Shown here piece after piece: positions 35,277-43,594 of a DNA stretch of 64,000 bases. A program made the position numbers and the translations under genes. Source of the DNA: Caulobacter sp. (GTDB lineage Bacteria > Pseudomonadota > Alphaproteobacteria > Caulobacterales > Caulobacteraceae); contig JAUSMJ010000005.1 of the NCBI GenBank assembly GCA_030645575.1, positions 11,552 to 75,551 on the forward strand. Direction: 5' to 3'. A model generated the notes under the pieces. The model was not told where the DNA came from and searched no databases. It worked only from the letters and a program-made list of their open reading frames with translations. Each line of letters begins with the position of its first letter. Position 1 is the first letter of the stretch.

Positions 35277-37775
35277 CTAAGCCGCGATGATCCCCTGCAT
35301 CCGCCGGATCGGCAGGATGAAGCTGACCGAGGTGCCTTCGCCGGGGGTGCTCTCCATTTCCAGCGCGCCTTCGTGCAGCTCGATCAGCGACTTGGTCAGG
35401 GCCAGGCCCAGGCCCGTGCCCTGGGTGGTCTTGCTGTGCTGGCTCTCGACCTGTTCGAACGGCTGGGCGAGGCGGGCCAGGTCCTCCTTGCTGATGCCGA
35501 TGCCGGTGTCGCTGACCGAGACCCGCACCCGTTCGCCCAGGCTGTCCTGCCGGACCTCGGCGCGGACCGTGACCCGGCCGCCGCGCGGGGTGAACTTGAT
35601 CGCGTTGCTGAGCAGGTTCAGCAGCACCTGCTTGACCGCCCGATAGTCGGCCTCGATCTCCGGCAGGAAGGGGAAATCCACCGTCAGGAACAGCCCGGCC
35701 GCCTCGGCGCGGTTGCGCACCAGCCGCACGGCGTCCTCGGTGACCTCCTCGAGGTTCAGCGGCTCGAACTTGAGGTTCATCTTGCCGGCCTCGATCTTCG
35801 ACATGTCGAGGATGTCGTTGATCAGGGCCAGCAGGTGCTGGCCGCTGTTGTGGATGTCGGTGGCGTATTCCTTGTAGCGGGCGTCGCCGAGCGGGCCGTA
35901 CATCTCGGCGATCATGATCTCGGAAAAGCCGTTGACCGCGTTGAGCGGCGTGCGCAGCTCGTGGGACATGTTGGCCAGGAATTCGCTCTTGGCCTTGTTG
36001 GCCGCTTCGGCCCGGACCTTCTCGTTCTCGTACTTGCGGGCCAGCTCGGCCAGCTGCTCCTGGCTGCGCTCAAGGCTGACCACGGCGTTCTGCAGCTGCT
36101 CCTCGTTGAGGCGGCGGGCCTCCTCCTGGGCCTTGACGGCGGAGATGTCGGTGGCGGTCATCACCAGCCCGCCCTCGGCGGTGCGGCGCTCGGAAATCTG
36201 CACCCAGCGGCCGTCCATCAGCTCCGCCTTGCGCACGCCGCGCACACCGTCGGAGCTGGCGATCTCCTGCTTGATGGCCAGCTGGACGAAGCGGTTGACG
36301 TGGTCGCGCGCGGCGCCCGGCTTGAGCACCCTGGGCTCGAGATTGAAGATGCTGCGGTAGTTGCGATTGCACAGCAGCAGCCGGCCCGACCGGTCCCACA
36401 GCACGAAGGCTTCCGAGACGCTCTCGATCGCGTCGCGCAGGCGGTTCTCGGCGGCCTGGGCGCGGGCCTGGGCCAGGCGCTCCTCGGTGACGTCGAGCGC
36501 CACGCCGATGATCCGGCGATAGCCGTCCTCGTCGGTCTGGCCCAGCGCCTGGCCGCGGGCGTCGATCCAGATCGACTTGCCCCCCTGACGGTCGGGCACG
36601 CGGAACGAGACGTCGAAGGCGCCGAAGCTGGCGGCGTGGAGCAGGGCCTGGCGCACGCGCTCGCGATGGTCGGGGGCGATCCGGTCGAGCACCTCCTGGC
36701 CGCCGACCATGCCGCCGCCGCCCCAGCCGAAGATCACGCCGGTGACGTCGGACATGAACACCTGGTCGGCCTCCAGGTCCCATTCCCAGATGCCGCAGCG
36801 CGCGGCTTCGACGGCCATGCGGAAGCGCTGTTCGCTCTCGACAAAGGCGCGCTGGGCGGCCTCGGCCTTGCGGCTCTGGCTGAACAGCAACAGGGCCAGG
36901 GCGATGCCGATGCCCAGCGGCACGAGCAGGGCGACGATGCCGTCGATGCGCGCCTCGTTGGCCTGCATCACGCTCATCGGCGCGGCGGCGGCCATGGCCA
37001 GCAGCAGGCCCCCGGCGACCGGGCGGCTGGCGATGTCGATGATGCCGCCGTCGGGCTGGCGGCCGCGGACCAGCACGTCCGGGCGCAGGTCCGAGGGGGC
37101 CAGGCCGAAGGCCTCCCTGACGGTGGAAGCCTGGGCGACTCCGCCGGCGCCGCTGCTGGCCAGCAGGCGGCCATCGCCGGTCGCCACGGCGGCCGATCCC
37201 GGGCCGCCCGTCCCGGCCGGCAGTTTCGCGCGATCCTCGGTGGTCAGGATCACGCCGCGACCGGCCAGGACCCTGCCGATGTAGAGCCGGCGCGGGTCGC
37301 CGGCGGCCACGCCGACCCACAGGCTGTGGCCGGACGCCTCGGCCTGGCGGGCCGCGCCCTTCCAGTCCGCGCCTTCGGCCCGGCCAGCCAGGGCGGCGAT
37401 GGCGTCGCCCGTGACCACGGCCGTGGCGGCCACGCCCGGTCCGGCGGCGCGCAGGGCGCTCTCGGCGGCGTCGATCGGCCGGTCCTGCGCGCGGATGAGC
37501 AGTTCATGGCCCGCCGCCAGACCGCCGCCGCGCTGGGCGATCCGGGCCTCCAGCCGCGCGGCGAGAATCTGGGCCGCCGCGTCCGGGCCGCCCGCGCCGT
37601 CATGCGACACCCAACCCCGCTGCAGGCGCATGATGCCAAAGGTGGTGTAGACGCCCAGCAGCACCACGGCGGCGAGAATCACGATGCGGACGAAGGCTCC
37701 GGCGGGGGCGCGGTTCCGCGACGCGGCAAAGGATGGCTCGCCGGCCTTTCCTGCCTTGCGACGCTTGCCCGCCAA
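35277..37775 (-). CDS. PleC-like transmembrane PAS sensor histidine kinase
   Basis: 832 aa. TM, about 230-aa periplasmic region, TM, two PAS-like regions, then the H-box FLANMSHELRTPLNAVNGFSE and HATPase boxes. No receiver domain. Start is TTG at 37775 (uncertain). Confidence 0.85.
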   Translation of the reverse strand: MAGKRRKAGKAGEPSFAASRNRAPAGAFVRIVILAAVVLLGVYTTFGIMRLQRGWVSHDGAGGPDAAAQILAARLEARIAQRGGGLAAGHELLIRAQDRPIDAAESALRAAGPGVAATAVVTGDAIAALAGRAEGADWKGAARQAEASGHSLWVGVAAGDPRRLYIGRVLAGRGVILTTEDRAKLPAGTGGPGSAAVATGDGRLLASSGAGGVAQASTVREAFGLAPSDLRPDVLVRGRQPDGGIIDIASRPVAGGLLLAMAAAAPMSVMQANEARIDGIVALLVPLGIGIALALLLFSQSRKAEAAQRAFVESEQRFRMAVEAARCGIWEWDLEADQVFMSDVTGVIFGWGGGGMVGGQEVLDRIAPDHRERVRQALLHAASFGAFDVSFRVPDRQGGKSIWIDARGQALGQTDEDGYRRIIGVALDVTEERLAQARAQAAENRLRDAIESVSEAFVLWDRSGRLLLCNRNYRSIFNLEPRVLKPGAARDHVNRFVQLAIKQEIASSDGVRGVRKAELMDGRWVQISERRTAEGGLVMTATDISAVKAQEEARRLNEEQLQNAVVSLERSQEQLAELARKYENEKVRAEAANKAKSEFLANMSHELRTPLNAVNGFSEIMIAEMYGPLGDARYKEYATDIHNSGQHLLALINDILDMSKIEAGKMNLKFEPLNLEEVTEDAVRLVRNRAEAAGLFLTVDFPFLPEIEADYRAVKQVLLNLLSNAIKFTPRGGRVTVRAEVRQDSLGERVRVSVSDTGIGISKEDLARLAQPFEQVESQHSKTTQGTGLGLALTKSLIELHEGALEMESTPGEGTSVSFILPIRRMQGIIAA

Positions 37776-37793
37776 CCTGTCGTCCCCAAGCCC

Positions 37794-38015
37794 GAGTCAG
37801 TTTCCCCGTGCGGGGAATCTTACGGTCCCCGAGTCACCACGTCACGAACCAATGGGGGATTTGTCCCCAGTCTGAGTCACATGGCCGCACAGCGTGGTGC
37901 CCGGGACTCACAAGCCGCCCCGCATCGGGGAGAATTGCTGACGCCGGCTGCAGCAGAAATGCGATGTCGAACGCCCGGCGAAGGCCTAGGTCAGGTGCTC
38001 GTTCGCCCCGGAGTC
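37794..38015. promoter_or_regulatory. cluster of six GANTC (CcrM methylation) sites in a divergent promoter region
   Basis: GAGTC at 37794, 37831, 37874 and 38011; GAATC at 37815; GACTC at 37905. Three are part of a repeated GTCCCC-N(0-6)-GAGTCA unit. Confidence 0.6.
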
Positions 38016-38023
38016 GATCGCCG

Positions 38024-38938
38024 ATGCCCGCCACCACCCTGTCCTTGCGCCACGCTCTGCTGGCCCTGGCGGTTATGGCGGTTTGGGGCTCCAACTTCGT
38101 GGTCATCCGGATCGGGCTCGACCATCTGCCGCCGCTACTGTTCGCCACGCTGCGGTTCAGCGTCGCCTTCCTGCCGGCGGCGCTGTTACTGAAGAAGCCC
38201 GATGTGCCCTGGCGCAACCTGGCCGCCTACGGCGTGCTGATCGGCGCCGGCCAGTTCGGCCTGCTGTTCCTCGCCATGAAGGGCCATATCTCGCCGGGCT
38301 TGGCCTCGCTGGTGGTGCAGACCCAGGCCTTCTTCACCATCGGCCTGGCCATGCGGCTGACCGGCGAGAAGGTCAGGACCTTTCAGTATGTCGCCCTGAC
38401 CCTGGCCGCCGCCGGCGTCGGGGTGATCATCTGGCGCACCGACGGCTCGGCCACGCCGCTGGGCCTGGCGCTGGTGCTCGGGGCCGCCCTGTGCTGGGCC
38501 GGCGGCAATCTCGTCGCCCGCCAGACGCCGGCGGTGAACATGCTGGCCTACGTCGTCTGGGCCAGCCTGTTCTCGATCCCGCCGTTGTTGATCCTGGCGG
38601 TGCTGTTCGAGGGCTGGCCTGCGATCGTCGCGGGCGTGGCGCGGGCCGACGCCCTGACCTGGGCGGCCGTGGTCTGGCAGGCCGTGGGCAACACCATGTT
38701 CGGCTACGCCGTGTGGGGCTGGCTTCTGGCCCGCTATCCGGCCGCCACGGTGGCGCCGATGTCGCTGCTGGTGCCGGTGTTCGGCATGGCCGCCTCGGCG
38801 GTGTTCCTGCATGAGGCCCTGCCGGCCTGGAAGCTGGCCGCCGCCGGTCTGGTCATGGCCGGCCTGGCCCTGAACACCTTCTGGCCACGGGTGAAGGGGA
38901 TGCTCGCGACGGCTCAAGCAGTCCCGAGGGACAGCTAG
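38024..38938 (+). CDS. EamA/DMT-family transporter
   Basis: 304 aa, 10 TM-like segments, duplicated EamA pattern (WGSNFVVIRIGL..., CWAGGNLVAR...). The last about 8 codons lie in a repeat element. Confidence 0.85.
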   Translation: MPATTLSLRHALLALAVMAVWGSNFVVIRIGLDHLPPLLFATLRFSVAFLPAALLLKKPDVPWRNLAAYGVLIGAGQFGLLFLAMKGHISPGLASLVVQTQAFFTIGLAMRLTGEKVRTFQYVALTLAAAGVGVIIWRTDGSATPLGLALVLGAALCWAGGNLVARQTPAVNMLAYVVWASLFSIPPLLILAVLFEGWPAIVAGVARADALTWAAVVWQAVGNTMFGYAVWGWLLARYPAATVAPMSLLVPVFGMAASAVFLHEALPAWKLAAAGLVMAGLALNTFWPRVKGMLATAQAVPRDS

Positions 38939-38981
38939 AGCCGTCAGGACAAGCTGTCCCTTGGGACTGCTTGTCCTGTCC
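38916..38981. repeat. GTCCC-NN-GGGAC nested palindrome repeats
   Basis: CAAGCAGTCCCGAGGGACAGC, plus the 34-bp palindrome CAGGACAAGCTGTCCCTTGGGACTGCTTGTCCTG (38945-38978), between the convergent eamA-like and pepN genes. Confidence 0.75.
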
Positions 38982-38983
38982 CC

Positions 38984-41563
38984 CTACGACAGCGCCTTGG
39001 TGACCAGTTCGAAGACGTTCTTCGACAGGCCCTCGACCGCCACGATTCGCTCCAGCTGCGCCTTCATCAGGGCGCCCAGGTCTGGCCGGTAGCGCCGCCA
39101 GCCGCCGAGCGGCTCGACGAAGCGCGCGGCGGTCATCGGGTTGACCTTGTCGGTGGCGATGATCTGGTCGGCGAGAAAGCGGTAGCCCGCCCCCGATGGA
39201 TCGTGGAACCGGGCCGGGTTGAAGCTGGCGAAGGTCCCGACCAGGGCCCGCAGGCGGTTGGGGTTGCGTCGGTCGAAGTCGGGATGGACGGCCAGGCCCA
39301 GCACCCGACCCAACGCCTCCTCGGAACTGTCGCGGGCCTGGGTGGCGAACCATTTGTCCAGCACCAGGGGCTCGTCCTTCCAACGTGTGTGGAAGGTCTC
39401 CAGGGCCTTCTCCCGGCTGTCGCCGCCCAGCTCCATGAGCGCCGCCAGGCCGCCGATGGCGTCGGTCATGTTGGCCGCCGTCTCGAAGTGGCGGGCGGCG
39501 ATCTCCATGTTCCCGGCGTGTGGATCGATCGACAGCAGATCGAGCGCGGCGTTGCGCAGGGCGCGCCGGCCGGCGGCGTCCGCCAGCGGCGAGAACGGGC
39601 CGGTGTCGGTCAGACCCGCGTGCAGGCGGCGCAGGTCGTCGCCCAGATGCACGGCCAGCCGCGCGCGCAGCAGGTCGCGCGCCTCGTGGATCGCCGCCGG
39701 ATCGGCCGGGGTCATGGCGAGCGACAGATCGGACTCCGAGGGCAGGGCCAGCAGCAGCGCCTTGAACGCCGGATCGGCCGCCTGGTCGCCCAACGCCCGG
39801 CCCATGGCCTCGGCGAACCGCTCCTCGGCCACCTCGTCGGGGATTCCGGCGGCCCGGGCCAGGATCAGGTCGCGGGCCAGGCCCTGGCCGGCTTCCCAGC
39901 GGTTGAACAGGTCCGGATCGGCGGCCAGCAGGACATAGCGGTCCTTGTCCGGCGCGTCGGTCGTCAGGTTCACCGGCGCCGAGAAGCCGCGCAGCGGCGA
40001 GATCACCGGCCGCGATGGCGCGGGCAGGCGGATGGTCCGCTCGGCCTCTTCCAGGATGATCAGGCACTCCTCGCCCATCGGCCGGCCGTCGTCATGCAGC
40101 AGGCCCAGGCGGATCGGCAGGGGCAGCGGCGCCTTGATCGGCTGGCCCGGGGTCGGGGCGGTCCGCTGGCGCAGGGTGATCGAGACCGTCTCGGTGTCCG
40201 CGTCGAAGTGGCTGGTCAGATCGACCGACGGCGTGCCCGCCTGCTCGTACCAGCCGAAGAACTGCGTCAGGTCGCGGCCGGAGGCGTCGGCGAAGCACTG
40301 GATGAAGGCCTCGACCGTGGTCGCCTCGCCGTCGTGGCGGTCGAAATAGAGGTCCATCCCCTCCCGGAAGACGTCCGCCCCCAGCAGGGTCCTGAGCATG
40401 CGGATGACCTCGCTGCCCTTCTCGTAGATCGTCGCGGTGTAGAAGTTGTCGATCTTCAGATAGCTCGTCGGTCGCACCGGGTGGGCGAGGGGGCCGGCGT
40501 CCTCGGAAAACTGCCGCGCGCGCAGGGCCCGCACGTCCTTGATCCGCTGCACCGCCTCGCCGCGCATGTCGCCGCTGAACGACTGGTCGCGGAAGACCGT
40601 CAGGCCCTCCTTGAGGCACAGCTGGAACCAGTCGCGGCAGGTGATCCGGTCGCCGGTCCAGTTGTGGAAATACTCATGGGCCACGACGCTTTCGATGCGC
40701 TCGTAGTCCAGATCGGTGGCGGTGGCGGAATCGGCCAGCAGCAGGGCCGAGTTGAAGATGTTGAGGCCCTTGTTCTCCATGGCCCCGAAGTTGAAGTCGC
40801 GCACCGCGACGATCATGAACAGGTCCAGGTCATACTCGCGGCCGAAGGCGGCCTCGTCCCACTTCATCGCCCGCTTGAGGCTGTCCATGGCGTATTCGGC
40901 GCGGGCCGACATGCCCGGATCGACATAGATGCGCAGCTCGACCGTGCGGCCGCTCATGGTCTCGAAGCGGTCGGCCAGCTCGTCCAGTTCGCCGGCCACC
41001 AGGGCGAACAGGTAGCAGGGCTTGGGGAAAGGATCGTTCCAGACCGCGAAATGGCGACCGCCCGGCAGCTCGCCGGCGTCGATCAGGTTGCCGTTGGCCA
41101 GCAGGCGGTGGAACGCCGCGTCGGCCTCCATGCGCACGGTATAGCGGCTGAGCACGTCGGGCCGGTCGAGGAACCAGGTGATGCGGCGGAAGCCCTCGGC
41201 CTCGCACTGGGTGCAGAACCGGCCGCCGGACATGTAGAGGCCCATCAGGGCGGTGTTGGCCTGCGGGTCGATCTCGACCTCGGTCTCCAGCGTGAAGGCG
41301 TCCGGCAGGCCCTCCAGCGACAGGGCCTCGGGCGTCGTCTCGATCGGCCTCGGAACGCCGTCCACCAGCACCGACAGGGTCTTCAGGCCTTCGCCGTTCA
41401 GAACCAGCGGCTCGGCGTGCTCGCCGTTGCGCCGCACGGTCAGCCGCGCCTTCACGCGGGTGGCGGCGGGCTCAAGCGCGATGTCGAGGTGGACCTCGTC
41501 GATGAGGAAGGCGGGTGGCCGGTATTCGGCCAGGCGGACGGGCTGGGGCGTATCTGTGCGCAT
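38984..41563 (-). CDS. pepN: aminopeptidase N
   Basis: About 860 aa from the ATG at 41563. GAMENKG exopeptidase motif and HEYFHNWTGDRIT...E zinc-binding motif. Confidence 0.95.
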   Translation of the reverse strand: MRTDTPQPVRLAEYRPPAFLIDEVHLDIALEPAATRVKARLTVRRNGEHAEPLVLNGEGLKTLSVLVDGVPRPIETTPEALSLEGLPDAFTLETEVEIDPQANTALMGLYMSGGRFCTQCEAEGFRRITWFLDRPDVLSRYTVRMEADAAFHRLLANGNLIDAGELPGGRHFAVWNDPFPKPCYLFALVAGELDELADRFETMSGRTVELRIYVDPGMSARAEYAMDSLKRAMKWDEAAFGREYDLDLFMIVAVRDFNFGAMENKGLNIFNSALLLADSATATDLDYERIESVVAHEYFHNWTGDRITCRDWFQLCLKEGLTVFRDQSFSGDMRGEAVQRIKDVRALRARQFSEDAGPLAHPVRPTSYLKIDNFYTATIYEKGSEVIRMLRTLLGADVFREGMDLYFDRHDGEATTVEAFIQCFADASGRDLTQFFGWYEQAGTPSVDLTSHFDADTETVSITLRQRTAPTPGQPIKAPLPLPIRLGLLHDDGRPMGEECLIILEEAERTIRLPAPSRPVISPLRGFSAPVNLTTDAPDKDRYVLLAADPDLFNRWEAGQGLARDLILARAAGIPDEVAEERFAEAMGRALGDQAADPAFKALLLALPSESDLSLAMTPADPAAIHEARDLLRARLAVHLGDDLRRLHAGLTDTGPFSPLADAAGRRALRNAALDLLSIDPHAGNMEIAARHFETAANMTDAIGGLAALMELGGDSREKALETFHTRWKDEPLVLDKWFATQARDSSEEALGRVLGLAVHPDFDRRNPNRLRALVGTFASFNPARFHDPSGAGYRFLADQIIATDKVNPMTAARFVEPLGGWRRYRPDLGALMKAQLERIVAVEGLSKNVFELVTKALS

Positions 41564-41615
41564 GGGCCAGATGTAGCGTCGGCGGCCCGGCGACGCCACC
41601 GGGGCGCCGCACCAA

Positions 41616-42074
41616 TTACGCGGTCGTGCGCCGGTACTGGATGAACCCGCTGGCCTTCGCCACGCGGTCGTAGAGCAGCCGGGCCGTGGCGTTGGTCTCG
41701 TGGGTCATCCAGTAGACGCGCGCCGCGCCGCGGGCGTCGGCCTCGGCGTAGACGGCCTCGATCAGGGCCCGGCCCGCGCCGGTCCCGCGCCGCGACGGAT
41801 CGACGTAGAGGTCGCCCAGATAGCAGTAGGGCGCCATCGACCAGGTCGAGGCGTGCAGCACGCACTGGACCAGGCCGAACACGCCGGCCTGGTCCTCGGC
41901 GACGAGGGCGAACATCGGCGCGTCGGGATCCAGCAGCCGCGTCCAGGTCGCCTCGGTGACCTCCGGCGCGACGCTGGACTCGTAGAAGCTCAGATAGCCG
42001 GCCCACAGCCCCTCCCACGCCGCCCGGTCGGACGGCGCGAGGGGGCGGATGGTCGCGGTGAATCGCTGTGTCAT
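41616..42074 (-). CDS. GNAT family N-acetyltransferase
   Basis: 152 aa, RRGTGAGRALIEAVYAEADARGA acetyl-CoA binding motif. Confidence 0.85.
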   Translation of the reverse strand: MTQRFTATIRPLAPSDRAAWEGLWAGYLSFYESSVAPEVTEATWTRLLDPDAPMFALVAEDQAGVFGLVQCVLHASTWSMAPYCYLGDLYVDPSRRGTGAGRALIEAVYAEADARGAARVYWMTHETNATARLLYDRVAKASGFIQYRRTTA

Positions 42075-42075
42075 T

Positions 42076-42182
42076 GGGACGGCCTATCCAGTCCCAAGGG
42101 ACAGGAAAGGCCGTCCTCGGCCAGCGCCGCCGCCTGCAGCGGGACAGGATTTCCTGTCCCTCGGGACTGGATATCCTGTCCC
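42076..42182. repeat. GTCCC-NN-GGGAC repeat pair in inverted orientation
   Basis: TATCCAGTCCCAAGGGACAGGAAA and TTTCCTGTCCCTCGGGACTGGATA are reverse complements of each other apart from the two central bases of the core (AA/CT versus TC/GA). They are separated by about 40 bp, between the GNAT gene and icd. Confidence 0.75.
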
Positions 42183-42190
42183 GGCATCCG

Positions 42191-43402
42191 TCAGGCCATC
42201 GCCGCCTTGAGGTTCTCATCGACCTTGTCGAGGAACCCTTCGGTGGTCAGCCAGCTCTGGTGGTCGCCGACCAGCAGGGCCAGGTCCTTGGTCATGAAGC
42301 CGGACTCGACGGTATCGACGCAGACCTTTTCCAGCGTGCGGGCGAACTTGATCAGCGCGTCGTTGCCGTCGAGCTTGCCGCGGTGCTCCAGGCCCCGGGT
42401 CCAGGCGAAGATCGAGGCGATCGAGTTGGTCGAGGTCGACTCGCCCTTCTGGTGCTGGCGGTAGTGGCGGGTGACGGTGCCGTGGGCGGCCTCGGCCTCC
42501 ATGGTCTTGCCGTCGGGCGTCACCAGCACCGAGGTCATCAGGCCCAGCGAGCCGAAGCCTTGGGCGACGATGTCGCTCTGCACGTCGCCGTCGTAGTTCT
42601 TGCAGGCCCACACGTAACCACCGGACCACTTCAGCGCGCTGGCGACCATGTCGTCGATCAGGCGGTGCTCGTAGGTCAGGCCCGCCGCCTTGAACTTGTC
42701 GGCGTACTCGGCGTCGAACACCTCCTGGAAGATGTCCTTGAAGCGCCCGTCATAGGCCTTGAGGATGGTGTTCTTGGTCGAGAGATAGACCGGATACTTG
42801 CGGCCCAGGCCGTAGGCGAACGACGCGTGGGCGAAGTCGCGGATCGAGTCGTCGAGGTTGTACATGCCCATGGCCACGCCGGCCGACGGGGCGTCGAACA
42901 CCTCGTGCTCGATGACGGCGCCGTCCTCGCCGACGAACTTGATGGTCAGCTTGCCCTTGCCGGGGAAGCGGAAGTCGGTGGCCTTGTACTGGTCGCCGAA
43001 GGCGTGGCGGCCGACGATGATCGGCTGGGTCCAGCCGGGCACCAGGCGGGGCACGTTCTGGCAGATGATCGGCTCGCGGAAGATCACCCCGCCCAGGATG
43101 TTGCGGATCGTGCCGTTGGGGCTCTTCCACATCTTCTTGAGATTGAATTCCTTCACCCGCGCCTCGTCGGGGGTGATGGTCGCGCACTTGACGGCCACGC
43201 CATGGCGCTTGGTCGCCTCGGCCGCGTCGATCGTCACCTGGTCGCTCGTGGCGTCGCGGTTCTCGATCGACAGGTCGTAGTAGTCCAGCTTGAGGTCGAG
43301 GTAGGGGAAGATCAGCTTGTCCTTGATGAGCTTCCAGATGATGCGGGTCATCTCGTCGCCGTCCATGTCGACGACAGGATTGGCGACCTTGATCTTGGCC
43401 AT
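42191..43402 (-). CDS. icd: NADP-dependent isocitrate dehydrogenase (about 400-aa eukaryote-like type)
   Basis: [23 protein letters not shown]...[12 protein letters not shown]..., 403 aa. Typical type II homodimeric IDH. Confidence 0.95.
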   Translation of the reverse strand: MAKIKVANPVVDMDGDEMTRIIWKLIKDKLIFPYLDLKLDYYDLSIENRDATSDQVTIDAAEATKRHGVAVKCATITPDEARVKEFNLKKMWKSPNGTIRNILGGVIFREPIICQNVPRLVPGWTQPIIVGRHAFGDQYKATDFRFPGKGKLTIKFVGEDGAVIEHEVFDAPSAGVAMGMYNLDDSIRDFAHASFAYGLGRKYPVYLSTKNTILKAYDGRFKDIFQEVFDAEYADKFKAAGLTYEHRLIDDMVASALKWSGGYVWACKNYDGDVQSDIVAQGFGSLGLMTSVLVTPDGKTMEAEAAHGTVTRHYRQHQKGESTSTNSIASIFAWTRGLEHRGKLDGNDALIKFARTLEKVCVDTVESGFMTKDLALLVGDHQSWLTTEGFLDKVDENLKAAMA

Positions 43403-43594
43403 GGGGATGTCTCTCCGTTGGGCGCGCTTCTGCAGGAAAAGCGGCGGCGCACAGGGCCCCCGCGAGCGCGAGCGGGAGGGCTATAGCCTCTGGCGGGCGA
43501 CGGGGGAAGGCGGCAGCGTCCGGCCCATTTCCAGTCAACGGCCTGTTCAGGTCTGGCGGTTAAGCTTGTTCCGTTGGGTGGGGGCTCCGTGGCC

